Source: Acanthaster planci
Lineage: Eukaryota
NCBI RefSeq assembly: GCF_001949145.1
Contig: NW_019091361.1
Coordinates: 3,683,854 to 3,704,964, forward strand
DNA: 21,111 nucleotides
Direction: 5' to 3'
In this document: in pieces, positions 1-11,700 of the stretch
How positions within the stretch are numbered: the stretch's first letter is position 1
How the letters are laid out: each line of letters begins with the position of its first letter
Program-made: the position numbers and the translations under genes
Notes under the pieces: model-generated
Told to the model about the DNA's origin: nothing
Seen by the model: only the letters and a program-made list of their open reading frames with translations
Databases searched by the model: none

Positions 1-1214
1 TGATGGGCGGCGGTTCGTCGACTTTTCCTCATTTATATCCGTTGCCAACAATTTGTCGATTGTCCTATGATGATTTTTAAAATAATGATTTGAAAGTCTG
101 TCTAATGTTAGGCTCTCATATCGCCTGTATTTTTATGAGTATTCTGTTCTGAATCCAATTAATTTTAACCATTTCATACTGTGAAGTAGTTACTGTATAG
201 TTTAATGTGTATTATTAAAAATTACGCTGTTTACAATTAAAAAACCACAACAACTTAGGCCCTATATTATTTGACCGCTATGAATCTAATAAAATAGAAG
301 GTAATCACAAGTCAAACTTAGCCATAAATCTGCTGGACTGACCTTACTCTGTTATCTTCAGCAGTCTATCTCCAGGTTGCAAGATGTTTACGGAATGGAA
401 TCCTTTGTTACTGGATAGCCTTCAAATCGCGGTCTTGAGCTGTGATTTATGCCAGTTTGTGTGTCACAGAAAAGTGCTATGAAGAGAGTGGTAACTGGTG
501 TTGACAAGTAAACTTTTTATTTCGTTTTCAACAAGTTCAATCCGAATGTGCATGTGGACAGTTCTCTCTTCAATTTTGTTGCAGCGTCTGAACCTTAAAT
601 ATTTTCTTTTATAACTCGTTATTAGTTAAATACTATACACGGTTGCATGGACGCGTTACGTCTTTAAGTGATTCGTTGAACTATGGGATACGTCCAAACT
701 CGTGAATTACCTAAAGCAGTTTTATTCGATTAGTGTTCTTCTTCTTTAAATGTAGCTGTATCTTTTATTAACTCTCAATAACTACATTAATCTGTTCATT
801 TCGTAATCGATTTAATGTACGCATTTTTCTTTAAAAGAGTGATTTTGCCAGTTTTAGGAGCACAGTTTAAGTTCAAGTTTATAAGAAGTCACCGTCACCA
901 CAAGTTGTGCAAAAGTGACAATATGTATTGAAAGCATTTTACAAAGACTGCAGAACGTTGTCAGAATCGTGGAGCACTTAAGGAAATAAGAAAATAAAGG
1001 CGATTTATACAAGAATAAGTTGTATATATTTGAGAACATTGACAATAATATCTGAAAGTCTGCGGAAATGCGTTTGGAAAACTTCGGAAAGTTTTGAAAA
1101 TGTTAGAAACAGGATTTGTTTTGGTGACGTCATCGAAGGTCTACTGGACATTCAGATCCTCTCAGATAGACTAAACCTTTAAGTCTGGAGACCATGCTTT
1201 TGAGGGGAGAATAG

Positions 1215-1966
1215 TATGTAGGCCCTTAAGTGACATAACGAATTTTGAATATGTTTTGCGATGTTGCAAATTTATTCTCGACTAGTGGTGATATACCCAG
1301 CAAGAAATGAGACCGCGGGGTACCCCCCCCAACATGTCCAACCCCTATACACATTCCAGACTATTGTTACTTAACACATCACCCAAGATGTGTGAAAGGA
1401 ATTCCCCAGATTCCTGCGAGATAATGACCAACATAAAGCAGGGGGGGTTCTCTCCGTCTCATACCTTGCTGCATATGAGTGGTGAATATTTTTGTGGCGT
1501 CGCTAGTTCATTCACTACGGTCGTGGGCATTTTCAGGACGTCGTGAATTTATTTGCAACCGGTTGTTAGTATTTTTGACGTGAATTTTTTCACAACGCAG
1601 TCGTGAATATTTTTGAGACATCGTGAATATTAAGTCAAAACTATAAATTTTTTCATTGATTTTTTTCAGTAGCTGGAGGGTATTCAAACAAACAGGTGAT
1701 TGAGGGCATTTTGCATAACGATTGGATTCCTGATTCGTTGTGTAGCATGCTCTGTTGTCATAGTATATCGGCTATTCCAGGATGCACACTGATCCATTCA
1801 AGTTTTTAAGAAAAATATTTACGTGAAATTCACAACCTGCGACCAGTCGCGAATTTTTCGCGATGCCGGAAATATTTTCGCAAGGTCGCTAAAATATTTG
1901 TGAACTAACTTAAAGTGTCGCATTGTGTATTTTTGACCAGTTATGTCGCTTTAGGGCCACCACATA
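1215..1966. mobile_element. Non-autonomous DNA transposon (MITE), ~750 bp, TA-terminated
   Basis: TIRs 1215-1239 tatgtaggcccttaagtgacataac and reverse complement of 1940-1966 tatgtggtggccctaaagcgacataac (inner 19 nt match 17/19). At least 6 internal copies of a (tc)gtgaat(a/t)ttt motif. Confidence 0.65.
1298..1471. mobile_element. Small MITE (~174 bp) nested in the 1215-1966 element
   Basis: Imperfect ~32-bp TIRs: cagcaagaaatgagaccgcggggtacccccccc (1298-1330) and reverse complement of 1441-1471 cagcaaggtatgagacggagagaaccccccc. Confidence 0.55.
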
Positions 1967-3270
1967 ACGACTATTTAAAATGCATGTAAATGGTTTCGAA
2001 GGGTCTATGCAATGAAAGTTAGACTTACGCGTAATTGGTGCCACTGTGCGACTGTTTATTCTTTCGTCATATTAATACTTGTTGGAATAGAAATTGTAAT
2101 TAGAGTCGTCATTTGAAATTGGCCATGCTTTTACAGACAACTGAGGGCGCTGTTGCTGTAATCTCACTCCTGATTATTTTCATCGAAGTTGTTAACCAAT
2201 CGTTTAAATACTCAATGACATTTCTGAGAAAATGTTATTCATCGACATATTGCTATACAGTCGTATAACAATGAATTACCGAAGAAAATGACATGTAGGT
2301 CAGGAGCACAATGTCTATTCAAGCAAAAATGTTGCTCGGAAGACAACGAAAATTGAGGGTTTCTTCTTTACATATATTACAGTATTGCTCATGAATAAAG
2401 AAATTTGAAAACCAAAAGAACGCCAAAATACCCAAAATACAAAACTGAGCATGAAGTGATTGGGTCACAAAGATGCATTTTCAGTTATTGTATTCAGAAA
2501 AATGCATTTCAAATAAAGAGCCTTTGCTGGCTTCGATTGAAAATGGGAAACCACTGGCTAGCTGCTCCGTGCAACCACTTCCCGTAGTCTCGGGTGCAGT
2601 CTCCTTCGCAGTCAGTCAAGACCTCTGAAATTACACTGGAGCGTTACGGGATGCAGACCAGTAAACGGTCCTCAAATTACCTGCATAGACCAAATCACAA
2701 TTCGCATGCTGTCAAATTCTCTGCTGGTAGAGCATGGATGGTTTATAGACAGTGAAGACAGAGTCGACTTCCAGGACCTCCAGCTTGTATTTCTCAAAAC
2801 ATTGGTCAGCACAGGATTCTCCAAATTGCTCGAATTTGCAACGGAGTGTAGGCACCAATCTTGAAAATGGTGGTGGGCTGTTATAGAGGTGACCATCTCT
2901 GGATGAAAATATCTTAAAAAAAAATCATCATTTAAGCAACTAAAAACGGAAAGCAAAACGAATTAGATAAGTTTGATATTTGTCTTGAACACCTGAGAAA
3001 CTTCTGAGAATTCTTTTAAGTGGGTCTATTGATCACACGGCAGCTTATCTACTGGTCTGCAACTAATAGTTTCAAAATGGCAGCTTCTATCTTATTGTGT
3101 CTGAGGTGTTCGAAATGACTCACTGTGGTCTATATATGATAGTCATGATATTGAAATTGTGGAATCTGATATCTTTATGAATCTGTGCATATCTGAGTTT
3201 GTGTAGACTAGATAGGTTTGCAGATATATCTCTTTGGTGAGTATGTGGTTTCCAAAAAGAACCGATGGTA

Positions 3271-3309
3271 CTCAACGTTTCAGCAGTATGCTCTGTCCGT
3301 CGTCAGGAG
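3271..3309 (-). ncRNA. Minimal type I hammerhead ribozyme motif (Penelope-like element/retrozyme type)
   Basis: Minus strand reads CUC-CUGACGA-C-GGACAG-AGCAUA-CUGCU-GAAA-CGUU-GAG. It has core boxes CUGANGA and GAAA, helix I CUC/GAG, helix II of 5 bp with one bulge, a palindromic AACGUU helix III and cleavage triplet GUU. Confidence 0.72.
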
Positions 3310-5546
3310 ACTGCAGAGGGTCTAGTGATGAGGCAGTTTGTCTGAGTTTGCTGTTTTTGCCAGGTTTTGATTAAAGAGCGACCCCAACGGTGGTGAAAAA
3401 ATGGGAAATGCAGTTTAATATACTCACGTGGTATCTAAGTAATAAGTTATTTATGTAAAGTGGCGCTGTGACTTCTGAATAAAATAGCAATAATGTGATT
3501 AAAATAAGGACCAATTATGCGGGTTTTTCAAAAACTGTCCACCCTTGTACCGTTGGTGGCGCTACGCAGAAGTGCTTTTGATTTCGTACCACGTGGAAAC
3601 GAAAAACGTCATGACCTCTCAGGACCTGGTTTCGTGGAAACGTTTTTGTACAAAGGCCTGCGTGCCTGAGCTGTACGGCCTATGGCCTGACACTTTTTAA
3701 GAAAATAAAATAACAGAAAAACATTGAAAACATCTGTGATTTAGTGAAAGTATTTATTTGTATGAAATGCAATTTTGATGAGAGCCTAATTGGATTAAAA
3801 TATTTAGTCCTCAGTAAGATAATTTTACATGCATAGTACATCTCATGAAATTTTCACAGAGCCCTGTGCATGTTATAAATGTGGAATTGGAATTTTTGAA
3901 TACAAACGGGGAAGATTGAGCTGATTAAAAGATTATGGAATATTGTTCGATGGATGCAATTTTACAGACAATTAGTATGTCAGTTGCGTATCCCCTTCAA
4001 CCTTGATTGGAAACAATGAGGAAGGACAACTTTGAAAGTAAAACATCTTGAAGAAAAGGCTGCATTGCGTTAGGAATCACGCAGTATTTATTGGTTTATA
4101 CAAACGTTCGGACATTTGCGAGGGGGAGGGGGTCCAACAGGGGCCATGCCCCTGAAAGAAGACGCACTTTTCCTTTTTATGTATTTGAAAGATACTTACA
4201 AAGGCGATTCGGGGGACTGGTTCATCCTTTCTTCCAAAGGTTTAAAAAGCCCGAAAGTTAACCTGATGCCTAACAAACCACACAAAGTAATAGTGAAGAA
4301 TTTCTAACAACGTATGCTACCCCCCCCCAAAAAAATTTGGATCTTTTGGTTCTGGATCTTTCCTTACATTTCGAATACATCCGACATTATCTTTAAGTTG
4401 AATTGTCATTTTACAAACGGGTAGGAAATTATTCTTAAAGACAACGAGGCACTTTCATGTGACATTATGCTGCTATGCTGAATACAAAACTTGTAGGCCT
4501 ATGTTTTGGATACCATGGTTTCAATCTTGCACAAAATAAGTCAAATCCATCCTGGCACATGCTATCACACAGCGGTGTTCGTGAAACTGGCGCAAGAAAA
4601 CCTTTTTAAGGCCCTTGGTCACATATCTTGAACGACACTTTTACACTGATACCTAAAATCCCTTCCTTCATTAGTCAATGTATCGGTGAAAAGCCCCCTC
4701 TCCTTCTCCTACAAAAAAACTTTTTTTCAAAACACTAAAACAAAAAACCAAAAAAAAAATCGTCGGGATTAAACTCATGCCAAAGCATGGCAGACACATG
4801 CCAAGGTGGTATTTCAGATGGGTAAATTTGGAGTGAGCAAAATATTTCACTCAAATCAAACAGCGCCCTCATATTCTCGTATTGTGCCTGCCATGCCTCA
4901 AAAAGGCTGGTAATATATTTACTTGTCAAATCACTGTCTTGAATACCGTCTCTTTTTCATTGGGCCAAAGAAATCACGTGACACGTTCTACCGACAACTC
5001 ACGTAAGTTTCCTCCCTCTACTAAGTTTTGCTTATTGTTTAGGGCTGAACACTGTCCAGCTTTGGTGACGGAAACGAGAAGTCTGGTGGAATTCTTTTGT
5101 TATTCAGTCAATTAATGTATTCAAATTTGCAGTAGCCTTTTTTTGAGCAGTGATTTTTGTTGATTTCCTCTGTTCTTGTAGAAAATCATGACATGCTTGC
5201 CCCCCCGGGGTCACATGAATGTGAAACCTTCAAAAGTAAAGCCAACGCCGAACGGTCACGCTATTGCAACTGGTTAAACGCGCTCCAACCTAGAATAATT
5301 TGCATTCATGTGCAAATTGGCCTTCAGGACCCAATAGAAAATACAAATTCATTTTTACCCTCACCACAGCGTGAGGACAATTAACGACTCACAAAAATGA
5401 ATATGCCTCGTCCGCAGGCTTACGTGCTGTATCAAGTTGCTCATAAATATTACTTTACTGTGGAATGTGAACAAAAGCGCTCATATAAACGTGTCCGCTA
5501 GATTGTCTCATATGTCAACGTTATTACGGCGTCGGTAATTCGAGGG

Positions 5547-5655
5547 CCAATCATCCGTGAAGTTGGGAACGAGGCAATCGACATCCTCGCGCCAAGGCAG
5601 AAATACCGGGTGAATCGCAGGGATATTGCACGTAGAGAGTAGAACAAAGTCAGTT
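5547..5655 (+). promoter_or_regulatory. Putative GGT core promoter (CCAAT box plus initiator-like TCAGTT)
   Basis: ggCCAATca at 5547-5551 lies ~100 nt upstream of TCAGTT at 5650-5655, in a locally CpG-richer stretch just upstream of exon 1. Confidence 0.3.
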
Positions 5656-5756
5656 GGCGACTTGGCACCATGTCTTCATGACAACTGGCAACAGGACTCA
5701 GACAAGATACAGTCGGCCAAACACCGTTTTTCGTATATGTTACTTGCTTTGAGATC

Positions 5757-5797
5757 ATGTTCAAAACTACAAACCGAAAGGACCAGCAACTGGACAG
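5757..5797 (+). CDS. GGT: GGT-like exon 1 (putative; cytoplasmic N-terminus MFKTTNRKDQQLD)
   Basis: ATG with A at -3 (gagatcATGt). Donor CAG|gtaaat at 5798 is phase 2 and joins in frame to acceptor tgcag|G at 5933/5934. Exon 2 has no in-frame ATG before the TM helix. The alternative is an unspliced start at ATG 5863. Confidence 0.55.
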
Positions 5798-8700
5798 GTA
5801 AATGTGGGAAACAACCGGTTTTTCTCGACGAGCAAAATCATAACAACACATCATATTGAAACATGTATCAATGTGAGCAGAAATATTACCAGCCACTTTT
5901 GAATCCATCTCAATATTTTCGATTGGTGTGCAGGAAATCTGAATGGGGAAAACATCGAGCACTAGCCCTCCTCCTAACTGTGGCCGTGGTTGTTCTTGCA
6001 CTGATAGTCAATAAGTCGCACCTGATAAGGGATGCAGTTTGGCTAACTCATATCGGCCAGCGCCCATCGCCTATAGGGTGGTACAGAAGGGGTGCTGTAG
6101 CTACAGATATAGGACTGTGCTCGGAGATGGGACGGTAAGTGTGGGTGTGTCTTGGAGCCAGTCGTTTTCCACGGCCCCTATTCTCTTTATTGAGAAGCAG
6201 TAGATATTGATTTCGCGAGGCGGCAACCTATAGTGAAGAGGAGTAGGGTAGAATAAGAATAACATAACCCAGACTGGAAATTATGCTGATTTAAACTGGT
6301 TAGGGTTGCTTTCCTTCCGCGGTCGAATATACATGTAAAATACGTATCGGTCTATAGAAGTACCAGTCGGAAATAAAAATGAATCCAACGTTGACCACAG
6401 ATTAAAGTTAAGACCCTGTCAATTGTACACTCAGTTTTAAAAAGGTGCAGGCCTGTGCCTATTTCATTTGATTATTTTGTAGTTTTACTTTACAGATACA
6501 AAAGTTGATAAGTATTTGTCCAATTCACTTCAAACAATGCCTAAATATGACGATTGAGTGACCAGATAAATAAATAAAATCCCAGTCTTACCATGACATA
6601 CATGTATAATCAAATGGGCCGGTTTCCCTAACTATTATATGTCTTGTCCAAGAGTTGTAGCTCAAGCAAGGTCTCAGCTATGGGAACAACATGCAGAAAT
6701 ACTCATGAAACCCGTCTGAATATAGCACATTAACATGTCGAGGACGGCTGGCTGAGTCGGCCCTCCACACACACAACGCTACCGGTACGTTCGACGCTGC
6801 CTCCGGCTCCATGCAAAAGGCGTCGTTAAGTGCATGCATTGTACATGTATATCGCAGATCACAGTGAGATCACACATGACGACATGACGGTCATTTAACT
6901 TCTTAAATTTTGACGACAAAACTCAAACCAACATCTTCTATGTTGCTCACAACATCAACTCAGAGCTGAATGAGAATAAATAAAAAGTGCGTAAGGAGAT
7001 GGAATCAATATTGGTTGAATCCATACAAGATGATCACTAGGATAATCACAGGGTTGGTCGCTGTTATTGAGCAGGTCCAAAGACGGCGACAAGAATTATT
7101 CTCCGATAGAGGAGAATGGAGATGCCCTACCTCGATCGACTTAAGCAGTTGAACTGGTGTTCTCTACAGTCCCGTCGGGACTATCTGCTGGTCTGTTTTG
7201 TTGCTAAAACTTTTTGGGGGGCTGTTTGCCTTTTGGCAATAGTGATTGGGTTCTCTTTTTTTTAACTCATGAGGAATAAAATAAAAATAATACTAATAGA
7301 GAAAGGCGATTGATTTGAGACAAGAACCAACTTAGTCTCCAAAGAGTGGAGGCAAGTTTGTCAGAGAGCGAAACGTGTGCACGCTCTTCCAATACTTACA
7401 AGACACTCATCATTCGTAAGAAACTAAAAAATAATCATTCGCTTCGATTTCTCAATGTACTCAATCCTTAATCCCTCAAATGATAAACCCTTTTTAGTGA
7501 GCTATCAATTCACATTGTTTTGCTTTTCTATATTTTCTATATTCATTGTTCCATTTGTTAGGGTGCAACTTGGAAACGCCTTTGTTACTTCAGATCTGAT
7601 GTTTTTCAACAGGAACATTCTTATTACTGGCGGCTCGGCCGTGGATGCCTCAATAACAGCTTGCCTCTGCCTGGGCGTGGCCAGTCCTCAGAGCTCGGGG
7701 CTCGGTGGGGGTCTGTTCATGGTCGTCCACAGTAAGAACGGCTCTACGGAGACCATCATTGCTACCGAAGCTGCACCGGCAGCGTCGCATTTCGACATGT
7801 TCGTGAATGACACAGATCAAGCCAAATTCGGTATAACTGATTCTAAGAAAAATACAATATTCGGAAAACACAACTCTTAAAATGTTTAAAGTGTATGTTC
7901 AATGTATGAAAAGTATTTTACGTTTCTAATTGATTAAATTAATTGTGCACTTTTTTAAACTATTACATTTTTCCATACTGTCCTGGACAATTGAGGGCAC
8001 TGTTGCTGGATGTCATGCAGGGAAGACAAAGTTCATTGCATAGGTTTTTCTGTTCCAACTGTGAAGCCAAAATGAACTTACTGAAAACATTTCCGAGAAC
8101 GGGTTTTCAATGGTTGCCTATTAAGATGCACACAAACAGCAATAAAGAGAAAATTCGGTCTTGCAAAATCTCAAAATACAGGACTATTTAGGGCACAAAC
8201 GAATGTAACGTTGAGGCTTCTTTCCTGGGATGATGACGTCCCAATTTTGCTTATGAATATGTAAATACTCATTAACTACCCCCCCCAAAAAGAACCCCTC
8301 AAAAAGTTATTAGCACCTACCCTTCACGTACACCACTTAGGCCTACTTGTGGCATACTTGCATAAAATATTCAACACCAAAATGCGTCTACATCCATCTG
8401 AAAGTATTAATTAAACAATAATCAACTAAGTTTTATCAGAATATTCATGTGTTTTCAAATTCAATCGTTTACTGCGGCAGTTTGTGGAGTGCTGGCACTT
8501 TATTAATGCAGGTCGCTGGTTGATTTCATGCTTCGGTTAGTTCGAAGGTAAATCTGAAGTTACATCCACACCATTCCCTGGCATAGTATTTAATTCGTTG
8601 AGTGATCTCTGCAGTGCATAAAATTGATCAATGCAAACCAATTTTACACTCAGCCCATTGACAAACTAGCGTATGGTTCGTAACAACAGGAGCTAGAGCC

Positions 8701-11700
8701 GTGTCTGTACCGGGTGAGCTGGCCGGATTGTGGACGGCGCATCAGAAGTATGGCGTGCTGCCGTGGAGAGACCTCTTTGCACCGGTCATCGACATGGCCC
8801 AAAACGGCTACCCGATCGCCTGGCACACTGCGCGCTGCTTAAAAAATCTCAGGAAGAATTTCGACCGTTGGCCGATTCTAAGGTTGGGTTAAGGAGATGT
8901 TGTAATGGTGTGTCCACATTTTCTTTGCAGGCGTGGTTAAATGGGAATTTCTGCCTAAAAGAAATTGTCCATTTTTCCCATGGGTAAAAGAATCCTTACC
9001 CCAGTTATTGGTCTGGTACTGTTATTTGAAATGTTGATGCTTTCAATTCCTAAAAGAATCAATACGAAATAAAACTTTAAAATGGCAACACATCCCTAAA
9101 GAATCATCTTTCCTCTGGCCCCGCTGGATACACCACTGAGCCGTTGGTGGTATTTTATGACAGACAAGGGAATTTCCCCCGTCATAGCACCGTACAATGT
9201 AAGATGAGCTGGATTAGGAAATTTATTGTGGAAGTACTGGTTTCATTTTTTGAGAGGGGGGAAGTCTGGCGGGTAGCTTTGGGTCGAACCAGACCGAACC
9301 GTGGAAACGAGATCAGTGCCTATAGAAGAGCTGGGCCGCAGTCCAGCTGTTCAGGCCATGCCGAATTTAGCCCAGCCCAGTGAACCCAAATTAAAAAATG
9401 TAACCTCTTGGTATGCTTGAAAAACTGAAACTGCAAATTCACATTTGAAACATCGATGGTTGATACAAAACAAACATCGAGAGGCAAAGTGGCCACGTGC
9501 TGCTGCAGTCAGATCGTGTCCAGGGATGGGGCGAGGGCAGCGGCGTATCCAGCTTTTGGTGGTGGTGGGAGGGGTATCCAAAAGCGAATGCAGCTTCGGA
9601 CTCATTCAACAAGATGTTGGAAGAGAAAAATAATCAAAAGCTTTACCCACGGTCCCAACATCCTTGCTTTTATTTGCTGGTTTTTTTAAGGGATTTGGTG
9701 CTAGTAGGGCCTATTTGACAAGAATACTGGCTGAATATTTTCTTTCCTACCCACCCATTCTTTGTAAAAAACAAAATCCTCAAAAATTTCCCTCGGGGGA
9801 GGGGGCAAGTTGCCTCCCCCGCTAGATACGCCTCTAGGCGAGGGCTAGGGGCGGGTGACCTTCCTGGAAACAAGTTGCCTTCCTTTGAAGACAGTGCCAT
9901 GAACAAGTTAACCCTTTCTTATTCCTTCAGGGAACTGTACACGAAGCCTGACGGATCTTTGATGAAGACGGGTGATATCTTCACGCCTCCAGCTAGTCTA
10001 GTGCAGACGCTGCGTGCCATCGCTGACGAAGGGATGTCGGTTTTATACGGTGGAGAAGTTGGCCGAAAACTTGTCCATGATATCCAAGAACAAGGTGAAA
10101 CATCCTATAGTACTCTGGGGAGTGATGTTCAAAAACTTGGAAAGGGTCGATCTGTGTTGCTTCTTTAAAGACAGAAAAACAAACACTCACATGACAAACA
10201 TTCAAACGAAGTAACGTTTTACGACTTTGAAAATGGCTTGTGCTCGTTTGATTTCTTTTTCAATATGAGTGACTGGTTCGAAAATTGATGTGTAGTGAGT
10301 GAGTATAAAAAGAGCAGATGGGATTTGAAATTAGTCGAAGATCTCAACAAATCATTTTATTTACGTTTAAATGTATGAATATTTCTGCAGCTGGACTATT
10401 AAACATGTGGTGGCAAGTAGGGGTGTATTTAGTGGCTGGTAGTGGTGGCGTACAGGGCTATACAGTGGAATTATTTTGCTACAGCCGTTGAAAGTGCACC
10501 TCTTTGTTTCAATTAGCCTAATTCTACTTTTTGTTGGAACCTTTTGAGTTTTATGCTAATGCCAATTCACATATTCATGAGCAAAACACTGATGCCATCA
10601 GAGGGGAAAACCCTCAATGTTACATTTATTTGTGCCCAAAACCTGCTGGAATATATGGTATTTTACTAAGCTAAAGTTCCTTTTCTTTCGTGAGTAATTA
10701 TAGAATTCGTATAATTGCAATAATTCAACGAGCAACTCCTTCTCAGAAATTTTTATAGCTTGAGATTTTAGGTTTGCAAGTTTAACTGGAAACACATAAT
10801 TAAAACAAAAGACTTCCCTGATTGACATGTAATGTAAATTTAATATCAGAGAAAGTTTTGTACACTGAACAATACACATGTATTTTTATCTCAGTCAGCA
10901 AAACTGAAACTACAATTTTAGGTTTCTTGAATTTCATCATAAAGGTGGTATAATGACATTGGAAGATTTGACTAGTTACAATGTCACACTGCAAGCGCCT
11001 GTGGTGTTGAACATGAGGGAAGGTCATCAACGCGTGATGTCGACGCCTATTACATCTTGTGGCAATCACCTGCTGTTGGTCATTAGCATTCTGGACGGTA
11101 TGCCTAAAAAGATATCCACTATATCGAACATTGTAGACAGAGGAAGCTACCTGTGACCCTATGCATTTTTATGATTCGTATTTTTCGAACATGCCTTGTA
11201 TGGTGTTTTATTTTTAGCCTGAACGACATGACAACCCAAGTCTTAGCTTTTTTCATCGAAAAGCATGCAAAATAATGAGGATACATACAGTAGCGTAGAA
11301 GGGTCATAAACAAAGTTCATACCCCTGTACTTTCAAACGAAAATTGGATGTGGGGATTCTATACACTCTGTAGCATTTTTGTATCAGACATTTGGTCGGA
11401 AGCTTTATAATCTTCTTGACATGTTCAAGTGCCGATAAACTTGAAGGCAAATGCCAAACAAGGCAGTTTTTCTCAATGTTAGGACATTTTGGGGGAGAAT
11501 AACGGATGATGGGAGCGTATTTCAGGTCTCGGAATGAATTTGTGTCGGCGGTCTTCGTCTTGCAGAGTGTGACCTGGCTACCCTGGACTTCAGCTCATAC
11601 GAGGGCAAATTGAAATTGTATCACTATTTCATTGAGGCTTGTACCTTTGTCACCGGTCTGCGACTACACAACGGAGATTTTAGCAAGGCCGAAAATGATA

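Noticed and set aside
353..385. Minus-strand ILQPGDRLLKI resembling a PDZ motif
   Set aside because: Flanked closely by in-frame stops, no other PDZ elements and no frame-compatible exon; probably chance.
4116..4365. G-rich and C-rich ends resembling another hAT MITE
   Set aside because: TIRs too degenerate to align and no TSD found.
5863..5933. ATG 5863 as the GGT start (unspliced N-terminus)
   Set aside because: Not excluded, but the in-frame upstream exon with a good donor (CAG|gtaaat) and the acceptor at 5933 was preferred; transcript data are needed.
5498..6001. 167-aa minus-strand ORF
   Set aside because: Antisense to the GGT promoter and exons 1-2, non-ATG start, no recognisable domain.
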